DNA of 64,000 nucleotides from positions 2,464,001-2,528,000 of the forward strand of contig OZ244252.1 in the NCBI GenBank assembly GCA_965217185.1. The letters run 5' to 3'. A model generated the notes under the pieces. That model was given only the letters and a program-made list of their open reading frames with translations, was not told the origin of the DNA and did no database searches. This document shows, piece by piece, positions 51,902-61,263 of this stretch. The stretch's first letter is position 1. Each line of letters opens with the position of its first letter. This DNA comes from an uncultured Candidatus Entotheonella sp. (lineage in GTDB: Bacteria > Tectomicrobia > Entotheonellia > Entotheonellales > Entotheonellaceae). The translations under genes were made by a program, and so were the position numbers.

Positions 51902-52680
51902 CGTCCGCCGCGCCGCCGGCCCCGGACCATCCGGTCATCCGCGCCGAGGGGCTGTACAAGCGCTTCGGCGGACAGGTCGTGCTGCGCGGCGTGGACCTCG
52001 ACGTCATGCCGGGCGAGGTGCTCGCCATCGTCGGCCGCAGCGGCGCCGGCAAGAGCGTGCTGCTGAAAAACCTCATCGGCCTGTCGCAGCCCGACAGCGG
52101 CGCCGTTGTGGTGGCGGGTGAGGACCTGCACCGGGCACGGGGGCGACGCCTGTCGCGCCTGCGCGAACGGTTCGGCATGCTGTTCCAGGGCGGCGCGCTG
52201 TTCGATTCGCTCAGCGTCGCCGACAACGTGGCGTTCCCGCTGCGCGAGAAGACGCGGCAGTCGCCCGGCGAGATTGCCGGGACGGTAGAAGAAATGCTCA
52301 CGAGCGTCGGCCTGCATGGGATGGACGACAAGTTTCCGGCCGAATTGAGCGGCGGCATGCGCAAGCGGGTCGCTTTGGCGCGCGCCCTGGCGCATCGCCC
52401 GGAGATCATGCTGTTCGACGAGCCGACGACCGGCCTCGACCCCATCATGGTGCGGGCCATCCACCGGCTCATCGCCGACACGCAGCAGCGTTTCCACTAC
52501 ACCGCCGTGGTGGTCAGCCACGAGGTGCCGGGAATTTTCGAGATTGCCTCCCGCGTTGCCATGCTGCACGAGGGCGCGTTGCTGGAGGTCGCCACGCCGG
52601 ACGCCTTCCAGGCATCCGCCAACCCCGTGGTGCAGCAGTTCATTGCCGGACGCCTCGAAGGGCCGCTCACGCCTACCTAG
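51898..52680 (+). CDS. mlaF: MlaF ABC ATPase
   Basis: GRSGAGKS, LSGGMRKR and DEPTTGLDP motifs. Confidence 0.92.
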   Translation: MTSAAPPAPDHPVIRAEGLYKRFGGQVVLRGVDLDVMPGEVLAIVGRSGAGKSVLLKNLIGLSQPDSGAVVVAGEDLHRARGRRLSRLRERFGMLFQGGALFDSLSVADNVAFPLREKTRQSPGEIAGTVEEMLTSVGLHGMDDKFPAELSGGMRKRVALARALAHRPEIMLFDEPTTGLDPIMVRAIHRLIADTQQRFHYTAVVVSHEVPGIFEIASRVAMLHEGALLEVATPDAFQASANPVVQQFIAGRLEGPLTPT

Positions 52681-52940
52681 CGTTGCTTCGGATCATAAGG
52701 GCTTGAGAGCGAGCCTGCGTCACTCCGGCGAAAGAATGTCACCCCGGACTTGATCCGGGGGCCAAGCACGGAATGACGCTTTGAGGGTATTCAATGGTTC
52801 ATCACTCCCTCCTTGAGGGGGAGTCGGCGAAACAAGGGCGCAGCCCGCAGGCGAGCCGGTGGGGGGAACTCATCGCAGTGCAACCCATGCAATGAGAACC
52901 GAAAGTGCTCTAGCCTTGCGGGGTTTCACTTGGAGGGGAC

Positions 52941-53381
52941 ATGAAACAACTCCGTCTTGAAGCGGTTGTCGGCTTGTTCGTCTTGGTGGGGCTGGGCTGC
53001 CTGGCGTATCTGTCCGTGCAGATGGCCAGGGTGCAGCTTTTCGGCAGCAACATGTATACGCTGACCGCCGTCTTTCCAACCGTGTCCGGCCTGCGCAGCG
53101 GCGCTTCGGTGGAGATCGCCGGGGTGACGGTGGGCCACGTGCAGCGTGTCGAGCTGGACGGGTTTGACGCCGTGGTCACCATGCGCGTGCACAAAGACGT
53201 TCAACTCAGCAAGGACGCGATTGTCTCCATCCGCACCCGCGGCCTGATCGGCGAGAAGTATCTGCGCGTCAGCCAGGGCGCCGACGACCGGACGATTCCG
53301 GCCGGCGGGCGTGTGCGGGAGGTCGAGCCGCCGCTCGACTTCGAGGAAATGATTGCCCAGCTTATCCAGGGGAAAATTTAA
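52941..53381 (+). CDS. mlaD: MlaD MCE-domain protein
   Basis: GLRSGASVEIAGVTVG and GLIGEKYL motifs. Confidence 0.92.
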   Translation: MKQLRLEAVVGLFVLVGLGCLAYLSVQMARVQLFGSNMYTLTAVFPTVSGLRSGASVEIAGVTVGHVQRVELDGFDAVVTMRVHKDVQLSKDAIVSIRTRGLIGEKYLRVSQGADDRTIPAGGRVREVEPPLDFEEMIAQLIQGKI

Positions 53382-53388
53382 GGTGACC

Positions 53389-54822
53389 ATGATGTGCGGT
53401 AGCAAACTGAAACGCGTCGGGTTTCGCACCACCCTGATGCTTGTGCTTGTCTTTCTGTCCGTTGTGGCAACCGCAGCACCGGTGCTTGCCAGGACCACTG
53501 AGCCGCCGGCCGCCAAGGTGTTGACGCTCGACGAAGCCGTAGCGCTGGCGATCCGCAACAGCCCGGAAATCAAGGCCGAGCAATTTGCCGTCCTGATACG
53601 CCAAAGCCAGCGCGCCCAGGCTGACGCCGCCCGCTTCGCCCAGCTTGACGTCACCATCGTCGGTGGCCCGTCGTCGCGCGCCCGCGGCAACCAGTTCGAC
53701 TCACCGGATTCCAAGAACGCCGCCGCCGTGTCGGGCGCTTTCGGCCTGGCGACCTTCAGCATCGTCCAGCCGCTTTATGCGTTCGGCAAAATCAACAACC
53801 TGCGCACCGCCGCCAGCCATGGGTTAGCCGTTGAAGAAGCCCGCGTGCACCAGAAGGCGACGGAAGTGGCGATGCTGGTGCGCGAGGCGTATTACGGCTA
53901 CCTGCTGGCCGCCTCCCTGGAAAATCTGGCCCTGGAAATCGGCGTTCAGCTCGGCGGCACGATGAAGAAGGTGCAGCGCCAACTCGACGCCGAGGTGCCC
54001 GGCGTTGACAACGTGGACCTGCTCAAGCTGCGCACCTTTCAAGGCCAGTTGGAAAAACAACTGAACGACATCCGCCAGGGCAAGGGGTTGGCGTTGGCGG
54101 GCCTGCGTACCCTGACGGGGCTGGAACCGTCGCTGCCCATTCAACTGGCCGATACCCGGCTGCAACCGCTGGAACGCCAGGCGCCGACGCTCGATGAATC
54201 CCTCAGCGACGCGCAGCGGCTGCGGCCTGAATTCGTCCAGGCGCGCGAGGGTATTCAGGCGTTCGAGCGCCTGCTGGCGGCGGCCGAGGCCGATTACTAC
54301 CCGGTGCTCTTCGTGGGGCTGTTCGGCAGCCTGGCGGAGGCCACCAATCGCAGCCGCCTCAGCAATCCCTTCCTCAGCGACCCGCTGATGGACGACGTGC
54401 TGGCGCCGGTCGTCGGCATGCGCTGGCACTTCGACCTTGGCGTCACCGCGGCCAAGGTTGATGAGGTGGCGGCCGAGCTCGGCCAGGTGCAGCAGCAGCA
54501 CGCCTTGGCGGAGCAGGGCATCCCCTTCCAGGTGCGGCAGGCCTACCTTGAACTGGAGCAGCATCAGGCCAACATCACCGCCACCCGCAAGGCGTTCCGC
54601 AGCGGGCGCCAGTGGCTGGTAGCGGCAGTGGCCAATTTCGATCTCGGCGTCGGCGAAGGCAAGGACGTGGCCGAGGCCGCGCTCGCCTATGCGCAACTGC
54701 ACGCCGCCTATTTCCAAGCCGTTTACAACTACAACATCAGCCTCGCCAAGCTCGACCACCGAGCCGGCCGCGACGTGGCCGAGGTGCGCCAGCACCTGCC
54801 GGCGGTGCCGCAGGTGCGGTGA
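53389..54822 (+). CDS. TolC-family outer membrane protein
   Basis: Signal peptide, LTLDEAVALA and duplicated OEP-like helical halves. Confidence 0.85.
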   Translation: MMCGSKLKRVGFRTTLMLVLVFLSVVATAAPVLARTTEPPAAKVLTLDEAVALAIRNSPEIKAEQFAVLIRQSQRAQADAARFAQLDVTIVGGPSSRARGNQFDSPDSKNAAAVSGAFGLATFSIVQPLYAFGKINNLRTAASHGLAVEEARVHQKATEVAMLVREAYYGYLLAASLENLALEIGVQLGGTMKKVQRQLDAEVPGVDNVDLLKLRTFQGQLEKQLNDIRQGKGLALAGLRTLTGLEPSLPIQLADTRLQPLERQAPTLDESLSDAQRLRPEFVQAREGIQAFERLLAAAEADYYPVLFVGLFGSLAEATNRSRLSNPFLSDPLMDDVLAPVVGMRWHFDLGVTAAKVDEVAAELGQVQQQHALAEQGIPFQVRQAYLELEQHQANITATRKAFRSGRQWLVAAVANFDLGVGEGKDVAEAALAYAQLHAAYFQAVYNYNISLAKLDHRAGRDVAEVRQHLPAVPQVR

Positions 54823-54842
54823 GGCGCAGACGGGATAAGGAT

Positions 54843-55463
54843 ATGACTATGCTGGGCAGATGGGTTGTCGGGATCGTGGTGTTGGGCCTGCTGGCGGGGA
54901 CCGCCGCTGCCGGAGAACCGCTGGAGAAAATTCGCGACACCGTCGAGGACGTGCTCGCCGTTCTCGCCGACGAAAGCCTGCGGGCCCCGGAGGGCCGGGA
55001 ATTGCGCCGCCAGAAGTTGCGCCAGGCGGTGTATCAGCGGTTCGGCTTTGAAGAGATGACCCGGCGCGCCTTGGGGCGGCATTGGCGTGGCCTGAACGCG
55101 GACCAGCGGCAGGAATTCGTCGGCCTGTTCAGCGACCTGCTGGAGCGCTCCTACGTCGGCAAGATCGAGGCCACCGGGGCGGGCAGCGAGGTCGCTTATG
55201 GCAGGGAAACGATCGATGACGAGGGCTTTGCCTCGGTCCTGTCCGTGATAACCAATCGTCTGGGCTCACAGATCGAGGTGGAATACCGCCTGCTGCAACG
55301 CGACGGCGAGACGGCCTGGGAAGTGTATGACATCGTCATCGAAGGCGTCAGCCTGATCAACAACTACCGCACCCAGTTCAACAACATCATCCATCGCACG
55401 TCCTACGACGGCCTCGTCAACCAACTGCGCCTCAAGCAAGAGCAGGAAGAAGCGGCGGATTGA
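54843..55463 (+). CDS. mlaC: MlaC phospholipid-binding protein
   Basis: RALGRHW and VYDIVIEGVSLINNYRTQF motifs. Confidence 0.92.
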   Translation: MTMLGRWVVGIVVLGLLAGTAAAGEPLEKIRDTVEDVLAVLADESLRAPEGRELRRQKLRQAVYQRFGFEEMTRRALGRHWRGLNADQRQEFVGLFSDLLERSYVGKIEATGAGSEVAYGRETIDDEGFASVLSVITNRLGSQIEVEYRLLQRDGETAWEVYDIVIEGVSLINNYRTQFNNIIHRTSYDGLVNQLRLKQEQEEAAD

Positions 55464-55468
55464 AGTGC

Positions 55469-56354
55469 ATGACGGCGCCACGCTTCAAACCGGCCTTCTT
55501 CGACTTCCTGCGTGAACTGAAGGCCAACAACGAGCGGTCGTGGTTCGAGGCCAACAAGGCGCGTTACCACGCTGACGTGCGCGACCCGATGCTCGATTTC
55601 ATCGCCGCCTTCGCCGAGCCGCTCGCCGACATCAGCCCGCACTTCGTTGCCGACCCGCGCGCCAACGGCGGCTCTCTCTTCAGAATCTACCGCGATACCC
55701 GCTTCTCCCCCGACAAGACGCCCTACAAGACCAACGCCGGGGCGCATTTCCGCCACGCCGCCGGTAAGGACGCCCACGCCCCCGGCTTCTACCTGCACCT
55801 GGAGCCCGGCGCGTGTTTTGCCGCCTGCGGCATCTGGCATCCGGGCGGCGACGCATTGGCTGAAATCCGCAACGCCATCATTGAGGACCCCGTCCGCTGG
55901 ACCCGCATGACGCAAGCGAAAGCCTTCCGCGACACGTTCACGCTGATGGGGCAATCCCTGCAGCGCCCGCCTCGGGGTTACGACGCCGCCCATCCCCTGA
56001 TCGACGACCTCAAACGCAAGGGTGTAAGTCCGAAATTGAGCGATTCTGAGGGGGTTTGGTACGGCTTGGGGACATGATTGATGCGCGAGGTGACAAAGTG
56101 TCACGTAGGACGGTGGGTGATGGGCAGCACTCCTCTGGGGTATTGTTGGTTTATCTACAAAATTGGCGCACGGACGGGCCGCCTAACTGGTCAATTTGAG
56201 ACCTACGCCCAAACGCAAGGACTTCGTCGCGGCAACGGTGTTCCACGAAGCTGACGCCATCCGACCCGATTTCCTCCAGCACTTTGCCCAAATTGCACGT
56301 GGCGGTGCTGCGTTCGTCGGATTCCTGTCGCGGGCGGTTGGGGTGTCGTTTTAG
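55469..56354 (+). pseudogene. DUF2461 protein interrupted by a MITE
   Basis: NNERSWF and FRIYRDTRFSPDKTPYK motifs; MITE at 56020. Confidence 0.85.
56020..56210 (+). mobile_element. 191-bp MITE, copy 3 (TSD aaacgcaa)
   Basis: Empty site visible in the duplicate at about 57908-57917 (aaacgcaagg). Confidence 0.95.
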
Positions 56355-56427
56355 GCCTCCTACCGAGCGGTCAGATTCGGCAGGCTATGCAAATGGAACA
56401 GTACCGCTTAGCCCCGTCGGGAGAACG

Positions 56428-56511
56428 ATGACAACACCAGCCTGCACCCGGCACTTCTGGGGAAAGTCGGACCGGGAAGATCCACAGCGCATCCACCTGC
56501 TGGAGCACCAC
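56428..56511 (+). pseudogene. cas3: first 28 codons of cas3, fused to a partial CRISPR repeat
   Basis: MTTPACTRHFWGKSDREDPQRIHLLEHH; duplicate of 58125-58207. Confidence 0.75.
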
Positions 56512-56669
56512 CGCACACGCGGGGATAGACCGTCACCTCGGCAGTGCGCCCATCCTCAGTTTCGGGTTCCCCCGCACACGCGGGGATAGACCACAAACTG
56601 GGCTTGGCGCCGCCGGTTCGCAACCGGTTCCCCCGCACACGCGGGGATAGACCCGAATCCGTATATCCC

Positions 56670-57450
56670 TGTGGAACCGCGAAAATCCTGACACCAAATG
56701 CACAACAATTCTGACAACAAAGCACCCACCAACCGCTCTTTTGAAACGCCTTCACACTGGAATTCTGTCATAACACAGGGAAAAACCCAGGAATCCTGGC
56801 ACCCCACGCAGGCCTGTTCCGCTTCCACCCCACCAGACTCGAACTTGCTTCACGCACCAACCGAGGTATCATGTCAACCAAAGGAGAACCACTCATGGCC
56901 GCACAGTCCGAAGCAACGCCTACGCCTGCTTCAGCAAAAATCAAGGAATGGCTGGGTGTCGCCGCCGGTGCCGCCACCGTCGCCGCTCTTATCATCGCCG
57001 GGATGTTCGGCGCCATCAAATTGGCCAACGCGCCCCTGCAAGCCGACATTCAAGCTATCCACGGACGCTTGGACCGCATGCAAACCGACACCGCCAGCCT
57101 GCAACGAGAAGTCACTGCCTTGCGGCAAGACATAAACGGCGAATTCAAAGCCGTACGCAAAGACCTCGCAACCCTCAGCGAACGCCTGACGCGAGTGGAA
57201 ACCTTGCTCGAACAGAATGCCGGCCAACCCAAACCCGTCACCACACCGGAACCAGAGTGACAAAATCCTGACTCTGCATGCCGAACACGACAGCAGACAT
57301 CCCGAACAAGCCAAGCCTTACCGCCTTCCAAAGTACTCTTGCCTCTCCATACATGACGCCAATCACACCTGCACCGCACCACACAAATCCCGGCACAAAC
57401 AGAAACCACAGGAATTCTGGCATTTCGGACAGAATTCCTGTGGTTCCACA
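56670..57450. mobile_element. non-autonomous TGT...ACA element inside the CRISPR array
   Basis: Ends tgtggaacc / ggttccaca; repeated aat(t/c)ctg motifs near both ends; no transposase. Confidence 0.72.
56895..57260 (+). CDS. small TM plus coiled-coil cargo protein
   Basis: AAGGAG RBS; hydrophobic helix followed by heptad-like repeats. Confidence 0.72.
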   Translation: MAAQSEATPTPASAKIKEWLGVAAGAATVAALIIAGMFGAIKLANAPLQADIQAIHGRLDRMQTDTASLQREVTALRQDINGEFKAVRKDLATLSERLTRVETLLEQNAGQPKPVTTPEPE

Positions 57451-57636
57451 CAGATCGTCACCGACGCACCTACGGGTTCCCCCGCACACGCGGGGATAGA
57501 CCCCGGCGGACTGCTTCTCAAACAGTTCGACGGCCGGTTCCCCCGCACACGCGGGGATAGACCACCCACAAAGAACCGCACGGCCCTGTCAAGTGCGGTT
57601 CCCCCGCACACGCGGGGATAGACCCGCGCTGCGCCA

Positions 57637-58207
57637 GGCGCATTTCCGCCACGCCGCCGGTAAGGACGCCCACGCCCCCGGCTTCTACCTGCACCTGGAG
57701 CCCGGCGCGTGTTTTGCCGCCTGCGGCATCTGGCACCCGGGCGGCGACGCATTGGCTGAAATCCGCAACGCCATCATTGAGGACTCCGCCAGCTGGACCC
57801 GCATGACGCAAGCGAAAGCCTTCCGCGACACGTTCACGCTGATGGGGCAATCCCTGCAGCGCCCGCCTCGGGGTTGCGACGCCGCCCATCCCCTGATCGA
57901 CGACCTCAAACGCAAGGACTTCGTCGCGGCAACGGTGTTCCACGAAGCTGACGCCATCCGACCCGATTTCCTCCAGCGCTTTGCCCAAATTGCACGTGGC
58001 GGTGCTGCGTTCGTCGGATTCCTGTCGCGGGCGGTTGGGGTGTCGTTTTAGGCCTCCTACCGAGCGGTCAGATTCGGCAGGCTATGCAAATGGAACAGTA
58101 CCGCTTAGCCCCGTCGGGAGAACGATGACAACACCAGCCTACACCCGGTACTTCTGGGAAAATCGGACCGGGAAGATCCACAGCGCATCCACCTGCTGGA
58201 GCACCAC
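57637..58207 (+). repeat. about 570-bp duplicate of 55741-56511 (DUF2461 3' part, intergenic region, cas3 start), without the MITE
   Basis: Near-identical sequence with scattered SNPs. Confidence 0.92.
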
Positions 58208-58904
58208 ATGGCGGACGTGGGCGCGTGCTTCGAAGCGCTGCTGGCGCAGCCGACTATCCGCCAGCGCTTGGCCCGGTCCGGGGGCTTGACTTGCCTCGAC
58301 GACGCCACGGTCGCCCGCTTGGCCGTGCTCGCCGCACTACACGACATCGGCAAGGCCAACGTCGGATTTCAGGCGCAGATATGGCGTCCTGAAGACGTGC
58401 CTAGGGGTAGGAAAATCCGGCATAACGGCCACATCGCCGACTTGGCACCGGTGCTGAATTGGAAAGACGGACAGACAGCGGCATGGTTCTTTGAAGGGTT
58501 GCAATGGAGCGAGCTTGAACAATGGGACGATGCACAAGGAAACACGGTCTGCGGTTTGTTCCTGGCCTCTCTGTCACATCACGGTCGTCCATTCCAATTC
58601 GACGATCCCAAAAAGGACGAAAATCCTCGTGCCTGGGAACATCTGGGCCAACTCGAACCGCGGCAATTCGTCGAGCGCGTGGGCCAATTGATTCGCCACT
58701 GGTTTCCGCAGGCGTTCAGCCATGACGCACCCCTACTACCACCCGCCCCTTCCTTCCAACATCATTTTTTGGGTTTGTGCAATCTTGCGGATTGGGTCGG
58801 CTCCAATGAGACATGGTTTAAGTACATCGATACCCCGGACGATGATTACATCGACAGGGCCAGGGAAAGAGCCGAGGGGGCCATTAAAGCCATTGGGCTA
58901 CACC
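58125..58904 (+). pseudogene. cas3: Cas3 HD nuclease domain, frameshifted near codon 12 and truncated before the helicase
   Basis: HLLEHHMADV, LHDIGKA, SHHG and LADWVGS motifs. Confidence 0.85.
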
Positions 58905-59096
58905 TGAGTAACCATGTTGTCAATGCGACATGTTGTTCCTCTCACTCACAGCGCAAGCTGTCGCTACCTCACCTCCCGAGATACTGGCTCAGTAGCCAAT
59001 ACCAAGCGTTACGTAACGGCAGACAACGGCTTTCTCCGGCCCCCTACCCTGTGGCGGCTTGAGTAACCCTGTTGTCAACGCGACATGTTGTTCCTC
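58905..59096 (+). repeat. 37-bp direct repeat pair (58905-58941 and 59060-59096)
   Basis: tgagtaacc(a/c)tgttgtcaa(t/c)gcgacatgttgttcctc. Confidence 0.85.
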
Positions 59097-59206
59097 CGGT
59101 GAGCCCGTTTCAAAGTGGGGGGAGCGTCGCTCTGCGCCATGGCCGGGCTTACGCACACGTTGGCGGAGTGGCTGCCCAGGTCCTATCCTGGGCAATCAGC
59201 GTATTA

Positions 59207-60100
59207 GGCATCATCGCAAGGTTTGTATCCAGAATTACTCTAAGGCCACATAAGCCGGCTGCGCGACTTCAGCGTGCCGCCTTGGCGATCTTGTAGGCCG
59301 TTGCCCTGCCAATGCCCAGTTGTTTCGCAGCTTGCCCCGGTGTCAATCCAGCCTCGACAAGGGTTTGCGCGGCTGACACGGTCTCCCGGTCGAGTGGCGG
59401 GCGACCGGGCCTCCTGCCGCGTTTTCTGGCGGCCGCAATACCGTCGCGCGTGCGCTCGGAGATGAGCCGACGCTCGAAGTGGGCGATTGCTCCAAAGACA
59501 TGGAACACCAGTTCGCCGGCGGCCGAGGTCGTATCGATGCGTTCCTCGAGGCTGACGAGGTGGATGTCGCGTGTCTTGAGGTTCTCGACCGTTTCGAGCA
59601 GTTCCTTGAGAGAACGCCCGAGGCGGTCGAGGCGGGTGACACAGAGACTGTCGCCGGGGCGGGCATGGTCGATCAGCGCGCTCAGCCCGGGGCGCTCGAA
59701 CTGTCGTCCGGAGATCACGTCGCCGAAGACGCGGATGGCCCGGCGTGGCGCAACCGGTCTTCCTGGCCGGAGACATCCTGGTCCGCGGTCGACACGCGGG
59801 CATAGCCGAGAACATCGCCACTGTGGGTCGTCTTGGCCGTCTCTTTAACGCTTGCTTTAGGGACGGTCTTTCGGTGCTCAACTTTGGTCCCGTTCAAGGC
59901 ACTCAGATTGTCTCTTTATCCGTCTCAATACTTTGGGAGGTCTCAAAACGGCAGACAGCCTTTTGGAGACGCGCCATGGCGTCAAAATGCTTCTCTTGAA
60001 TGCCTGTGGGGCAAGAATCCGTGCGTAGAAAAACCGAAGCCATTCAGGATGCCTTGGCCTTCCTTACGGTAATTCTGGATACAAACCTTGCGATGACCCC
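59207..60100 (-). mobile_element. non-autonomous Tn3-family element carrying a frameshifted resolvase
   Basis: 38-bp IRs gg(ca/gg)tcatcgcaaggtttgtatccagaattac..taag at both ends; GYARVST and RLDRLGRS in different frames. Confidence 0.85.
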
Positions 60101-60212
60101 TCATAGGGTTTATGGGCGGCTGCCGACCTTTTCCACACGACAGGTGGAAAACACCCCCTAGTTGTAGCGACCTGAGACTATCGGCCGTCGGACCTGATCA
60201 TCGCCGTTTTGG

Positions 60213-60302
60213 GCCCAGATTATTTGAGACTGTAATTTGGCTTCGGCCCACATTATTTGAGAATGAGCCCACATTAGCTGAGACGGACCCACCTTGTTGA
60301 GA
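60213..60302. repeat. gcccacattatttgaga-like direct repeats (possible IS21-type end)
   Basis: Three to four imperfect copies at 60213, 60246, 60267 and 60287. Confidence 0.55.
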
Positions 60303-60312
60303 CTGGAGCCGG

Positions 60313-60697
60313 GTGATGCGCCAACTCAACAAAGGCGAATCCCTTCACGACCTGCGCGCCTACTTGATGATCGCCAACAAGGGCCACGTGCGCCGGAACC
60401 GCAGTGAAGACCTGGCCAATCAGGCCAGTTGTCTCAATCTGGTGACCAATGCCGTCATCTTGTGGGACACCGTCTACATGGCAGGAGCAGTGGCGCAGCT
60501 CAGACGCGAAGGCTATCCCATCCACGACAGCGATCTTGCCCGCGTCTGGCCAACACGCTACGGGCATCTGAATGTCTACAACCATTTTCACTTCGACGTC
60601 GAGGAGGCGCAGCGGCGCAAGGGACTACGACCGTTTCGGGGAGCCGTCGGCAGGATTCCTTAACAACCAAAATTGTTCCATTACTATCGGAAACCCT
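60313..60697 (+). mobile_element. Tn3-family transposase C-terminal remnant with IR-like end
   Basis: RQLNKGESLHDL and LNLVTNAVILWDTVY motifs; cttaac...gaaaccc end. Confidence 0.8.
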
Positions 60698-60806
60698 AAA
60701 AGGCCGAGGTGCGGCTGTCGAACGCGAGCGCCGCGTTCCTGAGAAGGACAGTTCCGGACGCCGCCTGATGCCCACGGGGAACAGACGAATCATGAGGAGA
60801 GAATCA

Positions 60807-61243
60807 ATGCCAAATCTATTTACCTACGCGACAAAGGAACTTTCCCAGGACGCCATGATCTGCTGGCTTATCGAGTGGTCAGCGGTGCAGGTCGCCAATG
60901 AATCCCAGCAGGCGCTCCGAGACCTTGGACGCGCGTTCGTCCAGGCGCTGCTCGGCAAGCACCGCGTGAATCTGGCCGGAGCCATCAGGCATGCGGAGAT
61001 TCACCAGCAGGACCGAAGCATTGACGTACTCGCACGTATCCAGGATGAACACGCGGGGCACGTGTTCCTGATCGAAGACAAGACAGGCACCAAGGACACC
61101 AGCGACAAACTGCAGCGGTACCAGGATGCCGTGAGCAGCGGGAAAACGAAACTGGGGGAAGTCCCCGAACATTGGCCGATATACCTCAAGACCGGCAACC
61201 AGTCACATGCCGAGGATCGCAAGGTCGAAGAAATCGGCTACAA
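60807..61243 (+). pseudogene. PD-(D/E)XK nuclease-like protein truncated by the Tn3 end
   Basis: ELSQDAMICWL, IDVL, LIEDK and QLQRY-like motifs. Confidence 0.72.
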
Positions 61244-61263
61244 GGGGTCGGTTGCGGAAAAGG

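Larger units (their letters stand above)
56511..57624 (+). CRISPR. type I-E-like CRISPR array: one partial and five full 29-bp repeats, four 32-bp spacers, one interrupted spacer
   Basis: (c/g)GGTTCCCCCGCACACGCGGGGATAGACC at 56511 (partial), 56564, 56625, 57474, 57535 and 57596. Confidence 0.93.

Noticed and set aside
56670..57450. CRISPR-associated transposon (CAST)
   Set aside because: No tnsB, tnsC, tniQ or effector genes; the array extends outside the element
56532..57595. Self-targeting spacers
   Set aside because: No match to the rest of the window noticed by eye; needs a real search
58905..59096. Second CRISPR array
   Set aside because: Only two repeats and a 118-bp gap
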